Source: an uncultured Fidelibacterota bacterium (GTDB lineage Bacteria > Fidelibacterota > Marinisomatia > Marinisomatales > UBA1611). Taken from it: DNA of 64,000 nt. The notes beneath the pieces were generated by a model. The model was not told where the DNA came from and ran no database searches. It saw only the letters and a list, made by a program, of their open reading frames with translations. The position numbers and the translations under genes are program-made. Below, piece after piece: positions 1-7,923 of the stretch. The stretch lies in assembly GCA_937893835.1 (NCBI GenBank), contig CALCSS010000050.1:5456-69455 (forward strand), given 5' to 3'. The stretch's first letter is position 1, and each line of letters begins with the position of its first letter.

Positions 1-2682
1 GATAGATTAGACCAAGGCTATCTTATAACTTCAGACTTTATACAAAAGAGGTTGCCAGATCTTTTGTCGAATGTTCAGGATGTGAAGCCTGAGGTATCTG
101 AGGTTTATGTTGAGGTTTTGCCAGATGATAAGAAGCCTCTAGAACCACAGCGGCAGGAGAGAATCATTACAGACCTAGGCCAATCTCCAAGTAGCTATAT
201 CCCCAATACCTTATTCCTAGAGCAGCGAGAGGGAAAGGTATTAAGGGAGCAACCACGGGTTTCTATTCCAAAAAAGGTCGTCAGAACCCTTGAGGCACCT
301 AAAATGCCTAGGCCAAAGGAGTCGCTTGGCCAGCGCCTTCCCAAGCATATTCTTCCAAGGTATGTTCTAAGACCAGGTCAGCCATTTCTTTATGAGATAC
401 CAAAGAATAGTACAGATGAGTTTTATAGTTTTAGATGGGATAATCAACCACCTAAAGGAATGTATTTTTTATATGAGAGCAAATCCATTAATTGGGTTCC
501 TACGGATAAGCAGCTAGATGCATTCCCAATTTCATATATGGTAAGAATGAAGGTCGATGAGCTTATGGAGGCTACAACTGGTACCGTTGAACAGGAACAA
601 GTATTTAAAGCTACTCCAGTTCTAGAGAGTAGAGAAGAGGGACTTTGGATTTATGTCAATGATCCTCCAAGATTTTTAACGAAGCCAACAATAACTGAGT
701 TTATAGCTGGATCAACCTTTCGCTATGAGCCAGTTGTGCAAGATAGGAATAAAGATGCATCTATTCGTTTTGAATTAGAGGTTGCACCGGAAGGAATGAC
801 GATTGATAATGGAATTGTTGTCTGGAAGACTGACAGTGCCCATGTTGAGGTATATGATGTTAGAATCGTTGCCACCGATGGTTTTGAACGTACCGCTCAA
901 AATTTTCAACTCTTTTCTAGAGCAGGAGTTAAAATACTCTCTCGGGCTCCGGTCAGTGCGAGCGTTGGGTCACCATATACTTATCCAGTAAAAGTTTGGA
1001 GACAAAAGGCTGATCAAAAGATCAATTATAAATTATTTTATGGCCCAGATGGAATGTCCTTACAACCAGATGGTACCATCTCATGGACTCCGAATCCAGT
1101 ACAGGTAGACAGTATTGAATATGCTATAATTGCAAGCCATGGCGTTGCAACTGATACTCAGTTTGTCAATCTTTTTGTTAATCACCCACCCATAATCAGA
1201 TCGGCACCGATGGCCATGAATACTGTAATGGTTGGTCTTTCATGGGATTTTGAATTAAAAATTGAAGATCCCAATAAGAATGATAGATTGGTTTTCACTG
1301 CACATAAATTACCACAAGGCATGAGAATGGACCCTCATACTGGTTACTTGCGGTGGGAACCCACAATGAATGACCTAGACTTTCATGAATTGCAGATAGA
1401 GATTTCTGATGGCCATGAGTCAAGAATGATAGAAGCGGAATTTTTTGTCAACTCTCCTGTTAATATTGTATCTGTGCCCATTATGTCAGCAACTGTTGGT
1501 GAGGAATATTCCTATAGGCTTATGATTGATGACAAGAATAAAGGGGCACTCCTTCCATTTAAACGAGTGGTGAAGGTTGATGATGTTTCAACGATTAGGA
1601 TGTATTCAATTAATATCACAGACGATGTGACAATTTCAAATATTGACAGGTATTTAGGTGACTGGCACAATGCAGAGGCTATATACTATGTTGACCCAAA
1701 ATATCCCGCCGACTCGCTTGTCTCGAGGCTAAACCTAAAACGATATACCCATTCAGTGTTTTTTGAAGATGATAGGTTGTGGGTCTTATTGAACACCAGA
1801 GATGGAAGAACTATTAAAATCAAAGATTTTCTTTGGGAGTTTTTTCATGGGGCAAAGGGAAAACCTCCTAGGGTTGTAGTCGAGAGAGTTAATCCATTCC
1901 GTTTTCGTTTGTTGGACTTTCCAGAAGGCATGGTTGTAGAGGGATCATCGGGAACATTACGATGGACACCAACCGTAGATCAGGCAGACGTTCACCGTAT
2001 TACTGTTGTTGCATCTGATGGATATAGTAAAAACGAACAAAACTATGAGGTATACACCAACCATCGTCCAACAATAGTCTCAAATCCGCCGCATATGGGA
2101 CTTGTGGGCGAATTGTTTAAATATCAAGTTAGAGTTGATGACAAAAACGAGAACTCTAAACTTGAATATACTCTTCTAAAAGGTCCACACGGAATGCAGA
2201 TGGATCGTTACGGTAAGATCCTCTGGGTACCTAAAGCCGCACAGATCAATAATAATTCATTTGAAGTAGCTGTTAGTGATGGTTATGAAACAGATACTCA
2301 ACTTGGAAAAATATTTATTAATAATGCCCCCACTATTATGTCTAATCCAAAACCCGTGGGCCTAACAGGGCACTCTTGGCGTTATAAAATTTCAACTGAG
2401 GATTTAAACGGAGATAAGGTTGCATATAGGGCTGTAAGGCTACCAAAATATGCACGTTTTGATAAAAAGAAAGCTATTGTAGAATGGACACCTCGAAAAA
2501 ACCAGTTGGGAATGAATGACTTCATATTAATGGCAGTTGATGAGCATGGTGCGACATCAACACATGAATTTCAGGTACACGTTTTTCATGATCCCAGCAC
2601 CAAGCAGTTGGTCAACACTGGTTGGCCTCTTATGCTAACTTTCGTAGGAGTGGTCTTCGCTTGGGGAGTGGCTCAGATCTAA
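1..2682 (+). CDS. Large cell-surface protein (partial, 5' end outside window): seven tandem cadherin-like / He_PIG-type Ig-fold repeats and a C-terminal transmembrane anchor
   Basis: The ORF track gives 52..2682 (TTG start), but the same frame is open without a stop back to base 1, so the gene enters the window already in progress. Seven ~95-aa modules share N-x-P-P/T-I ... G-x-[ILV]-x-W-x-P ... D-G/H (GIVVWKT..VATDGF, GTISWTPN..IASHG, GYLRWEPT..ISDGH, GTLRWTPT..ASDGY, GKILWVPK..VSDGY, AIVEWTPR..AVDEHG). The last ~20 aa (GWPLMLTFVGVVFAWGVAQI) form one hydrophobic helix. Confidence 0.75.
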   Translation, partial: DRLDQGYLITSDFIQKRLPDLLSNVQDVKPEVSEVYVEVLPDDKKPLEPQRQERIITDLGQSPSSYIPNTLFLEQREGKVLREQPRVSIPKKVVRTLEAPKMPRPKESLGQRLPKHILPRYVLRPGQPFLYEIPKNSTDEFYSFRWDNQPPKGMYFLYESKSINWVPTDKQLDAFPISYMVRMKVDELMEATTGTVEQEQVFKATPVLESREEGLWIYVNDPPRFLTKPTITEFIAGSTFRYEPVVQDRNKDASIRFELEVAPEGMTIDNGIVVWKTDSAHVEVYDVRIVATDGFERTAQNFQLFSRAGVKILSRAPVSASVGSPYTYPVKVWRQKADQKINYKLFYGPDGMSLQPDGTISWTPNPVQVDSIEYAIIASHGVATDTQFVNLFVNHPPIIRSAPMAMNTVMVGLSWDFELKIEDPNKNDRLVFTAHKLPQGMRMDPHTGYLRWEPTMNDLDFHELQIEISDGHESRMIEAEFFVNSPVNIVSVPIMSATVGEEYSYRLMIDDKNKGALLPFKRVVKVDDVSTIRMYSINITDDVTISNIDRYLGDWHNAEAIYYVDPKYPADSLVSRLNLKRYTHSVFFEDDRLWVLLNTRDGRTIKIKDFLWEFFHGAKGKPPRVVVERVNPFRFRLLDFPEGMVVEGSSGTLRWTPTVDQADVHRITVVASDGYSKNEQNYEVYTNHRPTIVSNPPHMGLVGELFKYQVRVDDKNENSKLEYTLLKGPHGMQMDRYGKILWVPKAAQINNNSFEVAVSDGYETDTQLGKIFINNAPTIMSNPKPVGLTGHSWRYKISTEDLNGDKVAYRAVRLPKYARFDKKKAIVEWTPRKNQLGMNDFILMAVDEHGATSTHEFQVHVFHDPSTKQLVNTGWPLMLTFVGVVFAWGVAQI

Positions 2683-3732
2683 ATAACTCTTTAGACCAAT
2701 CATTTGCAAGAGTGTCTCCTCATTTAATATTCTGATTTTCATATCGACAATACCAAAAGGAAATGTTGGGCTCAATTCTTTTATTTTTAACCAGTCTTTT
2801 TCTGTTGTTAGAATATGTGAGGCACCTTTTTCTTTAGCTTTTTTTTCTATATTAAGGAGATCATTTTTTTTGTAAAAATAATGATCTGGAAAATTTTTTA
2901 CACCACACACATTAAAACCCATATGTTCTACTGTTGTTCTAAAAAACTCTGGATTTCCAAGTCCTGATGCTAGGTAAACATTATCATTCCCCATGACTTT
3001 TTTTGTTGATGTAGGACTAGAATACCTAATTATGGGGGTGACCCTTGTTTCGAATATTGGGAGAGAGGTTTCCTTGAGCTTTCTTTGTAATAGTGGGTCT
3101 GGTTTTTTCTTTGTTACCACAATCACATCCGCCCGTTTAATATTATACCAAGGCTCTCTTAATATCCCATAGGGTAATAGCTTATGGTCATTAACGCGGT
3201 CTCCTCCATTTATTAATACAATATCAAGGTCGCGACCCAATGCTCGATGTTGGAATCCATCATCCATAATTATTATCTCTGGATTAAACTTCTTTACAAG
3301 ATACAGACTTCCTCTGCGGCGATTTTCATCCACAAGTATTGGAACATTATTTAATTTTTTTGCCATCATATAGGATTCGTCTCCACAATGCTTCCAATTA
3401 TTCACCAAGGTCCCTTCCCCAGAAGATACAAGCAGTAAACCTTTTGTGTCTCGACCATAGCCCCTGCTTAGTATAGAAACCTTTATCCCTAATTTCACTA
3501 GTAGTGAGGCAAGGTAAATAACTGTGGGTGTTTTTCCTGTGCCTCCAACGGATATGTTTCCAATGCTGATGACCTTACACGATATTTTTTGAATAACAAA
3601 AAAATTTAAATTATAGAACAAGTTTCTCCAAAACACAATACCCCAATAGAACAAGGCAAGTGGGAAGAAAATATATTTGTGATACTCGTTAGCTTTTATC
3701 ATTATTTGTATAATACAAATTATTTTTTTCAA
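2635..3732 (-). CDS. lpxK: Tetraacyldisaccharide 4'-kinase
   Basis: 365-aa ORF with an N-terminal hydrophobic helix followed by the LpxK P-loop context VISIGNISVGGTGKTP. It is the last gene of an lpxB operon. The start is uncertain: ATG 3732 overlaps the upstream gene by 44 nt, and in-frame ATG 3702 is also possible. The 3' end overlaps the convergent surface-protein gene by 48 nt. Confidence 0.9.
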   Translation of the reverse strand: MKKIICIIQIMIKANEYHKYIFFPLALFYWGIVFWRNLFYNLNFFVIQKISCKVISIGNISVGGTGKTPTVIYLASLLVKLGIKVSILSRGYGRDTKGLLLVSSGEGTLVNNWKHCGDESYMMAKKLNNVPILVDENRRRGSLYLVKKFNPEIIIMDDGFQHRALGRDLDIVLINGGDRVNDHKLLPYGILREPWYNIKRADVIVVTKKKPDPLLQRKLKETSLPIFETRVTPIIRYSSPTSTKKVMGNDNVYLASGLGNPEFFRTTVEHMGFNVCGVKNFPDHYFYKKNDLLNIEKKAKEKGASHILTTEKDWLKIKELSPTFPFGIVDMKIRILNEETLLQMIGLKSYLDLSHSPSEDHSYES

Positions 3733-4342
3733 TTTTTCTCATTGACTCAATAAGGTCATTGATACAATTATCTTGATTCATAGATTTATTGTATTCAATG
3801 GGTGCGCCATATTCTATATATATTTTTCCAAACGGTTTTTCCAAATAAAATCTATCCCAATTATCAAATCCCCAATGTTTTGTTGAGTGTACACTTGTTG
3901 GAATGATTACCGCATTGGTTGTTTGAGCTGCGCGTATAATTCCAGGTTTGGGAATTCTCCTTGGCCCTGTGGGTCCATCCGGCGTGATAAAAAGTATGGA
4001 GCCAGGCTTTTTTAAAGACCTTATCATTTCCTTATAGGCTATCTCTCCTCCCTCTTTACTTGATCCTCTGATCATGGTCCATCCCCATCTAGTTGCAATC
4101 TCCGAAATTAAATCTGCATCTTTGTGCGTACCCGCTAACGCATTAACTTTTTCATGCCTTAGATCGTGTACTATTGATAATAGGTGCCCATGCCAGACTG
4201 CGATGATTACGGAATATCCGTTTTTAATAGAATTTAAATAATTTTCTCGTCCTCTAACATCTTTGCGATTTAAACCATAACATATTTTTAAGATAATACT
4301 TGATATAACCACTTTGATTTTGTTTTTCAGTGAGTCACTCAT
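3689..4342 (-). CDS. DUF374-type lysophospholipid-acyltransferase-like protein (family usually adjacent to or fused with Kdo transferase)
   Basis: 217-aa ORF wedged between lpxB (1-nt gap) and lpxK. The pattern AVWHGHLL ... FITPDGPTGPR resembles the DUF374/COG2121 family as I remember it. This family call is not search-verified. Confidence 0.55.
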   Translation of the reverse strand: MSDSLKNKIKVVISSIILKICYGLNRKDVRGRENYLNSIKNGYSVIIAVWHGHLLSIVHDLRHEKVNALAGTHKDADLISEIATRWGWTMIRGSSKEGGEIAYKEMIRSLKKPGSILFITPDGPTGPRRIPKPGIIRAAQTTNAVIIPTSVHSTKHWGFDNWDRFYLEKPFGKIYIEYGAPIEYNKSMNQDNCINDLIESMRKIEKNNLYYTNNDKS

Positions 4343-4343
4343 T

Positions 4344-5465
4344 TTAAATGGTTTGTTTTAAGATGGATTCAGCAGCTCTTGAATACGCTCCTGGTTTGCC
4401 CAAAGATTCTTTTAATTTTTTAAATTCAGACAACATCCTGATTCTCTTTTTTGATTCAGTATTAATAAGTTGGGTCAATTCATCTACCAATAATTCTGGT
4501 CTCATTTTATTTTGTAGTAGCTCAGGTACGATCTGTCTGTCAACAATGAGATTGACAATCGATGAGTATTTTACCTTAACCAAAGATTGAGCAATGAACC
4601 ATGATAGTGGAAATAATTTGTAACATACAACTAATGGGATTGCTTCTATCGCACATTCCAAAGTGGCGGTTCCTGATGAAACCAATGCAGCCGTTCCAAC
4701 GATCATGGTTTTTCTGGCATCGGTTTCTATTTTGAAATATTCAGGACAATTAGGTAAGGTTATATTTGAAGATTTGCCAACAAGAACCTGTAGATTGTCG
4801 AATTTTTTTCTTAGCAACACTACAGTTTCCAAATAAATTGGCCAATGCCTATCTATTTCCTGCTGCCTACTACCAGGAAGGAGAGTCAATATTGGATTTT
4901 TTATTTCTAAAGAATGTCTTTCATAGAATGATTTAGTTGATTCATCCATATGTTCAAGGTCCATAAATGGGTGGCCCAAATATTCTACAAAAAAGTTTTT
5001 GGATCTGTACCACTCTGCCTCAAATGGGAAAATAGAAATCGCTTGATCAATGACTTTTTTCATTTTTTCAACTCGCTCCTCCTTCCATGCCCATGCTTGT
5101 GGTAGAATGAAATAGGTTATGGGAATATTCAAATACGAAATCTTTTTTGCTAATCTCAGGTTAAATCCAGGATAATCAATAAGAATTATTCTACTTGGCC
5201 TTGATTTATAAATTGCATCTAATGTTCTTTGCATGATTTTTATCATACGTGGTAAATGCTTTAATACCTCCGTAAAGCCCATGATTGATAAATTATCAAT
5301 ATGTTCTATTATATGCATTCCCTCTTTTCTCATCATATCACCGCCGTGCCCTATAAAAGATGAGTTAGGGTGCAAATTTTTAATTGCTCTAATTAAATTT
5401 CCACCATGAAGGTCTCCTGATGGTTCTCCTGCAATTAAGAAATATTTTTTTAGGTTGGTTTCCAT
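4344..5465 (-). CDS. lpxB: Lipid-A-disaccharide synthase
   Basis: 373 aa. The N-terminal FLIAGEPSGDLHGGNLIRAIK matches the GE-x-SGD signature of GT19 LpxB. The size and lpxK context fit. Confidence 0.92.
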   Translation of the reverse strand: METNLKKYFLIAGEPSGDLHGGNLIRAIKNLHPNSSFIGHGGDMMRKEGMHIIEHIDNLSIMGFTEVLKHLPRMIKIMQRTLDAIYKSRPSRIILIDYPGFNLRLAKKISYLNIPITYFILPQAWAWKEERVEKMKKVIDQAISIFPFEAEWYRSKNFFVEYLGHPFMDLEHMDESTKSFYERHSLEIKNPILTLLPGSRQQEIDRHWPIYLETVVLLRKKFDNLQVLVGKSSNITLPNCPEYFKIETDARKTMIVGTAALVSSGTATLECAIEAIPLVVCYKLFPLSWFIAQSLVKVKYSSIVNLIVDRQIVPELLQNKMRPELLVDELTQLINTESKKRIRMLSEFKKLKESLGKPGAYSRAAESILKQTI

Positions 5466-5493
5466 AAATAAAATACTATGGGTGCTTCAATCG

Positions 5494-6066
5494 TTATAAA
5501 AACGTATTTAACAATATCAACAATAAAATGAAAAATATATTTTGGAGGGTCCTTTTTTCTGTTTTTAATGTTTTAGAAAAACTTAACGGAGATTGTATGT
5601 TAGGTCCAACCCAAGAGCTTATTTGTGGAAACAAGCGAGGAACATTTTTACAATACGTATCATATTCGTCTTTGAACAAGTTATTAAGAGTCTCTTCTTC
5701 TAATGAGATGATCATTAAATATTGAAATGTAAAATATAAAAAGACAATCAAGCATAATTCACTCATATATCTTCCGCCTGCGACAAGTGTAATGCCTACA
5801 TATATTACCATATTACCAAGGTAAAGTGGGTTTCTTGTATGTGAAAAAGGTCCGCTTGTACACAATGATGGTGCCCCTACATTCATAGTTCTGGTTACTC
5901 CACCAGCATAGCGGACCGCATTGATTCGAATTGATTCGCCCAAGAGGACCAAGATCGAACCGTATATAAAATATGGCAATCTAGGATCAGAAAAGAAAAT
6001 TAACGTTAACGCTATAGGAATAGGTGTAAAGCTACGGTTTGAAAACAAGAATTTTCTTACGTCCAT
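5494..6066 (-). CDS. Polytopic membrane methyltransferase of the ICMT/PEMT fold (candidate LmtA-like lipid A 1-phosphate methyltransferase)
   Basis: 190 aa with several hydrophobic helices. It carries the family motifs TSGPFSHTRNPLYLGN and SLEEETLNNLFKDEYDTYCKNVPRLFP (compare ICMT L-x-T-x-G-x-Y-x3-RHP-x-Y and EE-x2-L-x3-FG-x2-Y-x2-Y). The ATG overlaps the upstream stop (TAATG at 6064..6068). The family call is solid; the substrate is inference. Confidence 0.65.
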   Translation of the reverse strand: MDVRKFLFSNRSFTPIPIALTLIFFSDPRLPYFIYGSILVLLGESIRINAVRYAGGVTRTMNVGAPSLCTSGPFSHTRNPLYLGNMVIYVGITLVAGGRYMSELCLIVFLYFTFQYLMIISLEEETLNNLFKDEYDTYCKNVPRLFPQISSWVGPNIQSPLSFSKTLKTEKRTLQNIFFILLLILLNTFL

Positions 6067-7049
6067 TAGTGTATATCCTGTATGATCAATCTTTGGATTT
6101 CCATTGCAAACTCAAGAGCATCTCTCCCCGCCTTTCCTGTAACTATGGGAGTTGCTTTACCTTGCACCGAAAAAACAAAATTCTCTAATTCCTTTTGTAG
6201 CGGGTCACTAGTATCTAATTGGGGTTTGTCATAGGCTATAAATTCTGTTTTATCTCCATATTCAAACGGAACCGTCACTTCTGAGGTGTTATTATCATTA
6301 TCTGTAATTCTATAAATTTCGGTTGAACCAATAAGAAGATCGAGTGTTGCATATAGATTTTTTTGGAAGACCTTGATCTTTCTTACCTCATCTTGAGCTA
6401 CCCTGCTTGACATTATACTGGCGACAGTGCCATTGTTGAAACGAATTCTAGCATGAGCAATATCAATAGAATCTGTTAAAATGGATAGACCGGTCGCTTG
6501 AATGGATTTAACGGGTGCATTTACCAAAGACAATAATATGTCTATATCATGAATCATTTTATCTAGTACAACTGGTACATCCGTTCCTCTTGAAGTGTAG
6601 GGCGCAAGTCTCTGTATCTCAATGAATTTTGGTTTAATTTGGTATGGTTGTAGAGCCAAAAGAGCTGGGTTTAGTCTTTCTATATGACCAACTTGTATCA
6701 GCACGCCATTTTCTTTTGCAATTACAAGCAGGCGATCTGCCTCTTCGAGTGTCGCTGTAATGGGTTTTTCTATAAAAACATGTTTTTTCTTTTTTATGCA
6801 AATTTCTGCGATAATTGCATGATCTTGAGTGTTGGTCACTATTGACAATGCATCGACTGATTGTATTAGGGAATCAAGGTCGTCAAAAACCCTTACATCA
6901 TATTTTAAAGATATTTCAGCTGCTCTTTTTTTATCTGTATCAAAAATCCCTACCAGTTCAGCGCTACCAAGACTTTTATAATGTTTTACATGGTGCTGTC
7001 CTAGGTGCCCAACTCCAACTACACCAATTTTTATAGAATTATCAATCAT
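6066..7049 (-). CDS. Gfo/Idh/MocA-family NAD-dependent oxidoreductase (candidate UDP-GlcNAc 3-dehydrogenase, GnnA-like)
   Basis: 327 aa. It has the N-terminal Rossmann motif IKIGVVGVGHLGQHH, the EKP motif (HVFIEKPIT) and VGHIERLNPA. It is the first gene of the lpxB/lpxK operon. The family call is solid; the GnnA role is inference from context. Confidence 0.7.
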   Translation of the reverse strand: MIDNSIKIGVVGVGHLGQHHVKHYKSLGSAELVGIFDTDKKRAAEISLKYDVRVFDDLDSLIQSVDALSIVTNTQDHAIIAEICIKKKKHVFIEKPITATLEEADRLLVIAKENGVLIQVGHIERLNPALLALQPYQIKPKFIEIQRLAPYTSRGTDVPVVLDKMIHDIDILLSLVNAPVKSIQATGLSILTDSIDIAHARIRFNNGTVASIMSSRVAQDEVRKIKVFQKNLYATLDLLIGSTEIYRITDNDNNTSEVTVPFEYGDKTEFIAYDKPQLDTSDPLQKELENFVFSVQGKATPIVTGKAGRDALEFAMEIQRLIIQDIH

Positions 7050-7189
7050 ATTATACCATAAAATTACTTCAACAGAATGCGAGAATAAACGCTGAAACGC
7101 ATGAATAATGAAATCAATGAAAAATCTTGCATTTATTGATTACAAACAGCAATTTTATATATAATTCGAGGTATTAATGGAGTTTCAAA

Positions 7190-7879
7190 ATGGCTAACGA
7201 CATTAAATCCGGAGTTGGTTTCATCATTCCGGCAGCCGGCGTCGTCGGCTTTTTCACATCTCTCCTTATGGGAGAGACCCTACTTAGCATCATTATTGCT
7301 GTATCGGGCATATTAGTATGGTTTATCTATATGTTGGTTATGGAATCCCACATGCCACACGAAATGGGCAATATGATAATATTGTTCGGTATTCTGCTTT
7401 CACTGGGTATATTTTTTGGTTTTGGCGTAACTCAAAATATGTGGGGCGGATTTGAATTTCAACCAGAGGGTTCAATATTTTCACTTGTAATTCTATTTTT
7501 TGCTGTTCTGACTGGTCTTAATTTTCGTAACCAGCAAGCATCTGGCCTCAAACCACAAAACAATACAAGTGGTCTCACTGAACAAGATAGAGAGCTTGTT
7601 ATGAGTGCGTTGAACAAATCAAGCTCACATACCTCAAACTCCGACGAACCGAAGGTCATTGTTGTGAAACAAGAGCCAACCGCGCCAATAGAAGAGAATA
7701 AAGACGATAAGAAAGAAGATGTTACTTTACAGACTCCATCCCACGATCCTCATGGAATTAGCCAAAACCCTTATTTTGCTTATCCACCAGATTATTATTA
7801 TGATGAAGACGAAGATGACGAAGATGACGAAGATGAATGGGAAGATGAATGGGAAGATGAATGGGAAGATGATGAATAA
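7190..7879 (+). CDS. Hypothetical 4-TM membrane protein with low-complexity linker and Trp/acidic C-terminal tail
   Basis: 229 aa. There are four hydrophobic segments in the first ~115 aa, then a polar linker. The C-terminus is YYYDEDEDDEDDEDEWEDEWEDEWEDDE. It is followed by a strong terminator. I recognise no family. Confidence 0.6.
   Translation: MANDIKSGVGFIIPAAGVVGFFTSLLMGETLLSIIIAVSGILVWFIYMLVMESHMPHEMGNMIILFGILLSLGIFFGFGVTQNMWGGFEFQPEGSIFSLVILFFAVLTGLNFRNQQASGLKPQNNTSGLTEQDRELVMSALNKSSSHTSNSDEPKVIVVKQEPTAPIEENKDDKKEDVTLQTPSHDPHGISQNPYFAYPPDYYYDEDEDDEDDEDEWEDEWEDEWEDDE
7811..7864 (+). repeat. In-frame coding tandem repeats: 2 x 9 bp (gaagatgac) then 3 x 12 bp (gaagatgaatgg)
   Basis: Read directly: gaagatgac at 7811-7819 and 7820-7828; gaagatgaatgg at 7829-7840, 7841-7852 and 7853-7864. 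Together they encode EDDEDD(EDEW)x3. Confidence 0.9.
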
Positions 7880-7893
7880 AAATTAGAATAAAA

Positions 7894-7923
7894 TAAAAAA
7901 GGGCAATTGGTTGCCCTTTTTTT
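7894..7923. terminator. Bidirectional Rho-independent terminator between the membrane-protein gene (+) and ychF (-)
   Basis: aaaaaaa GGGCAA ttgg TTGCCC ttttttt: a perfect 6-bp GC-rich stem (7901-7906 / 7911-7916) flanked by an A-run and a T-run. It overlaps the ychF stop codon. Confidence 0.85.

Noticed and set aside
7112-7141. Inverted repeat AATCAAT-N16-ATTGATT (and a 5-bp atgcg/cgcat pair at ~7088-7103) in the 140-nt divergent intergenic region.
   Set aside because: It is AT-rich with a long spacer and no associated regulator gene, so it is indistinguishable from chance in this composition.
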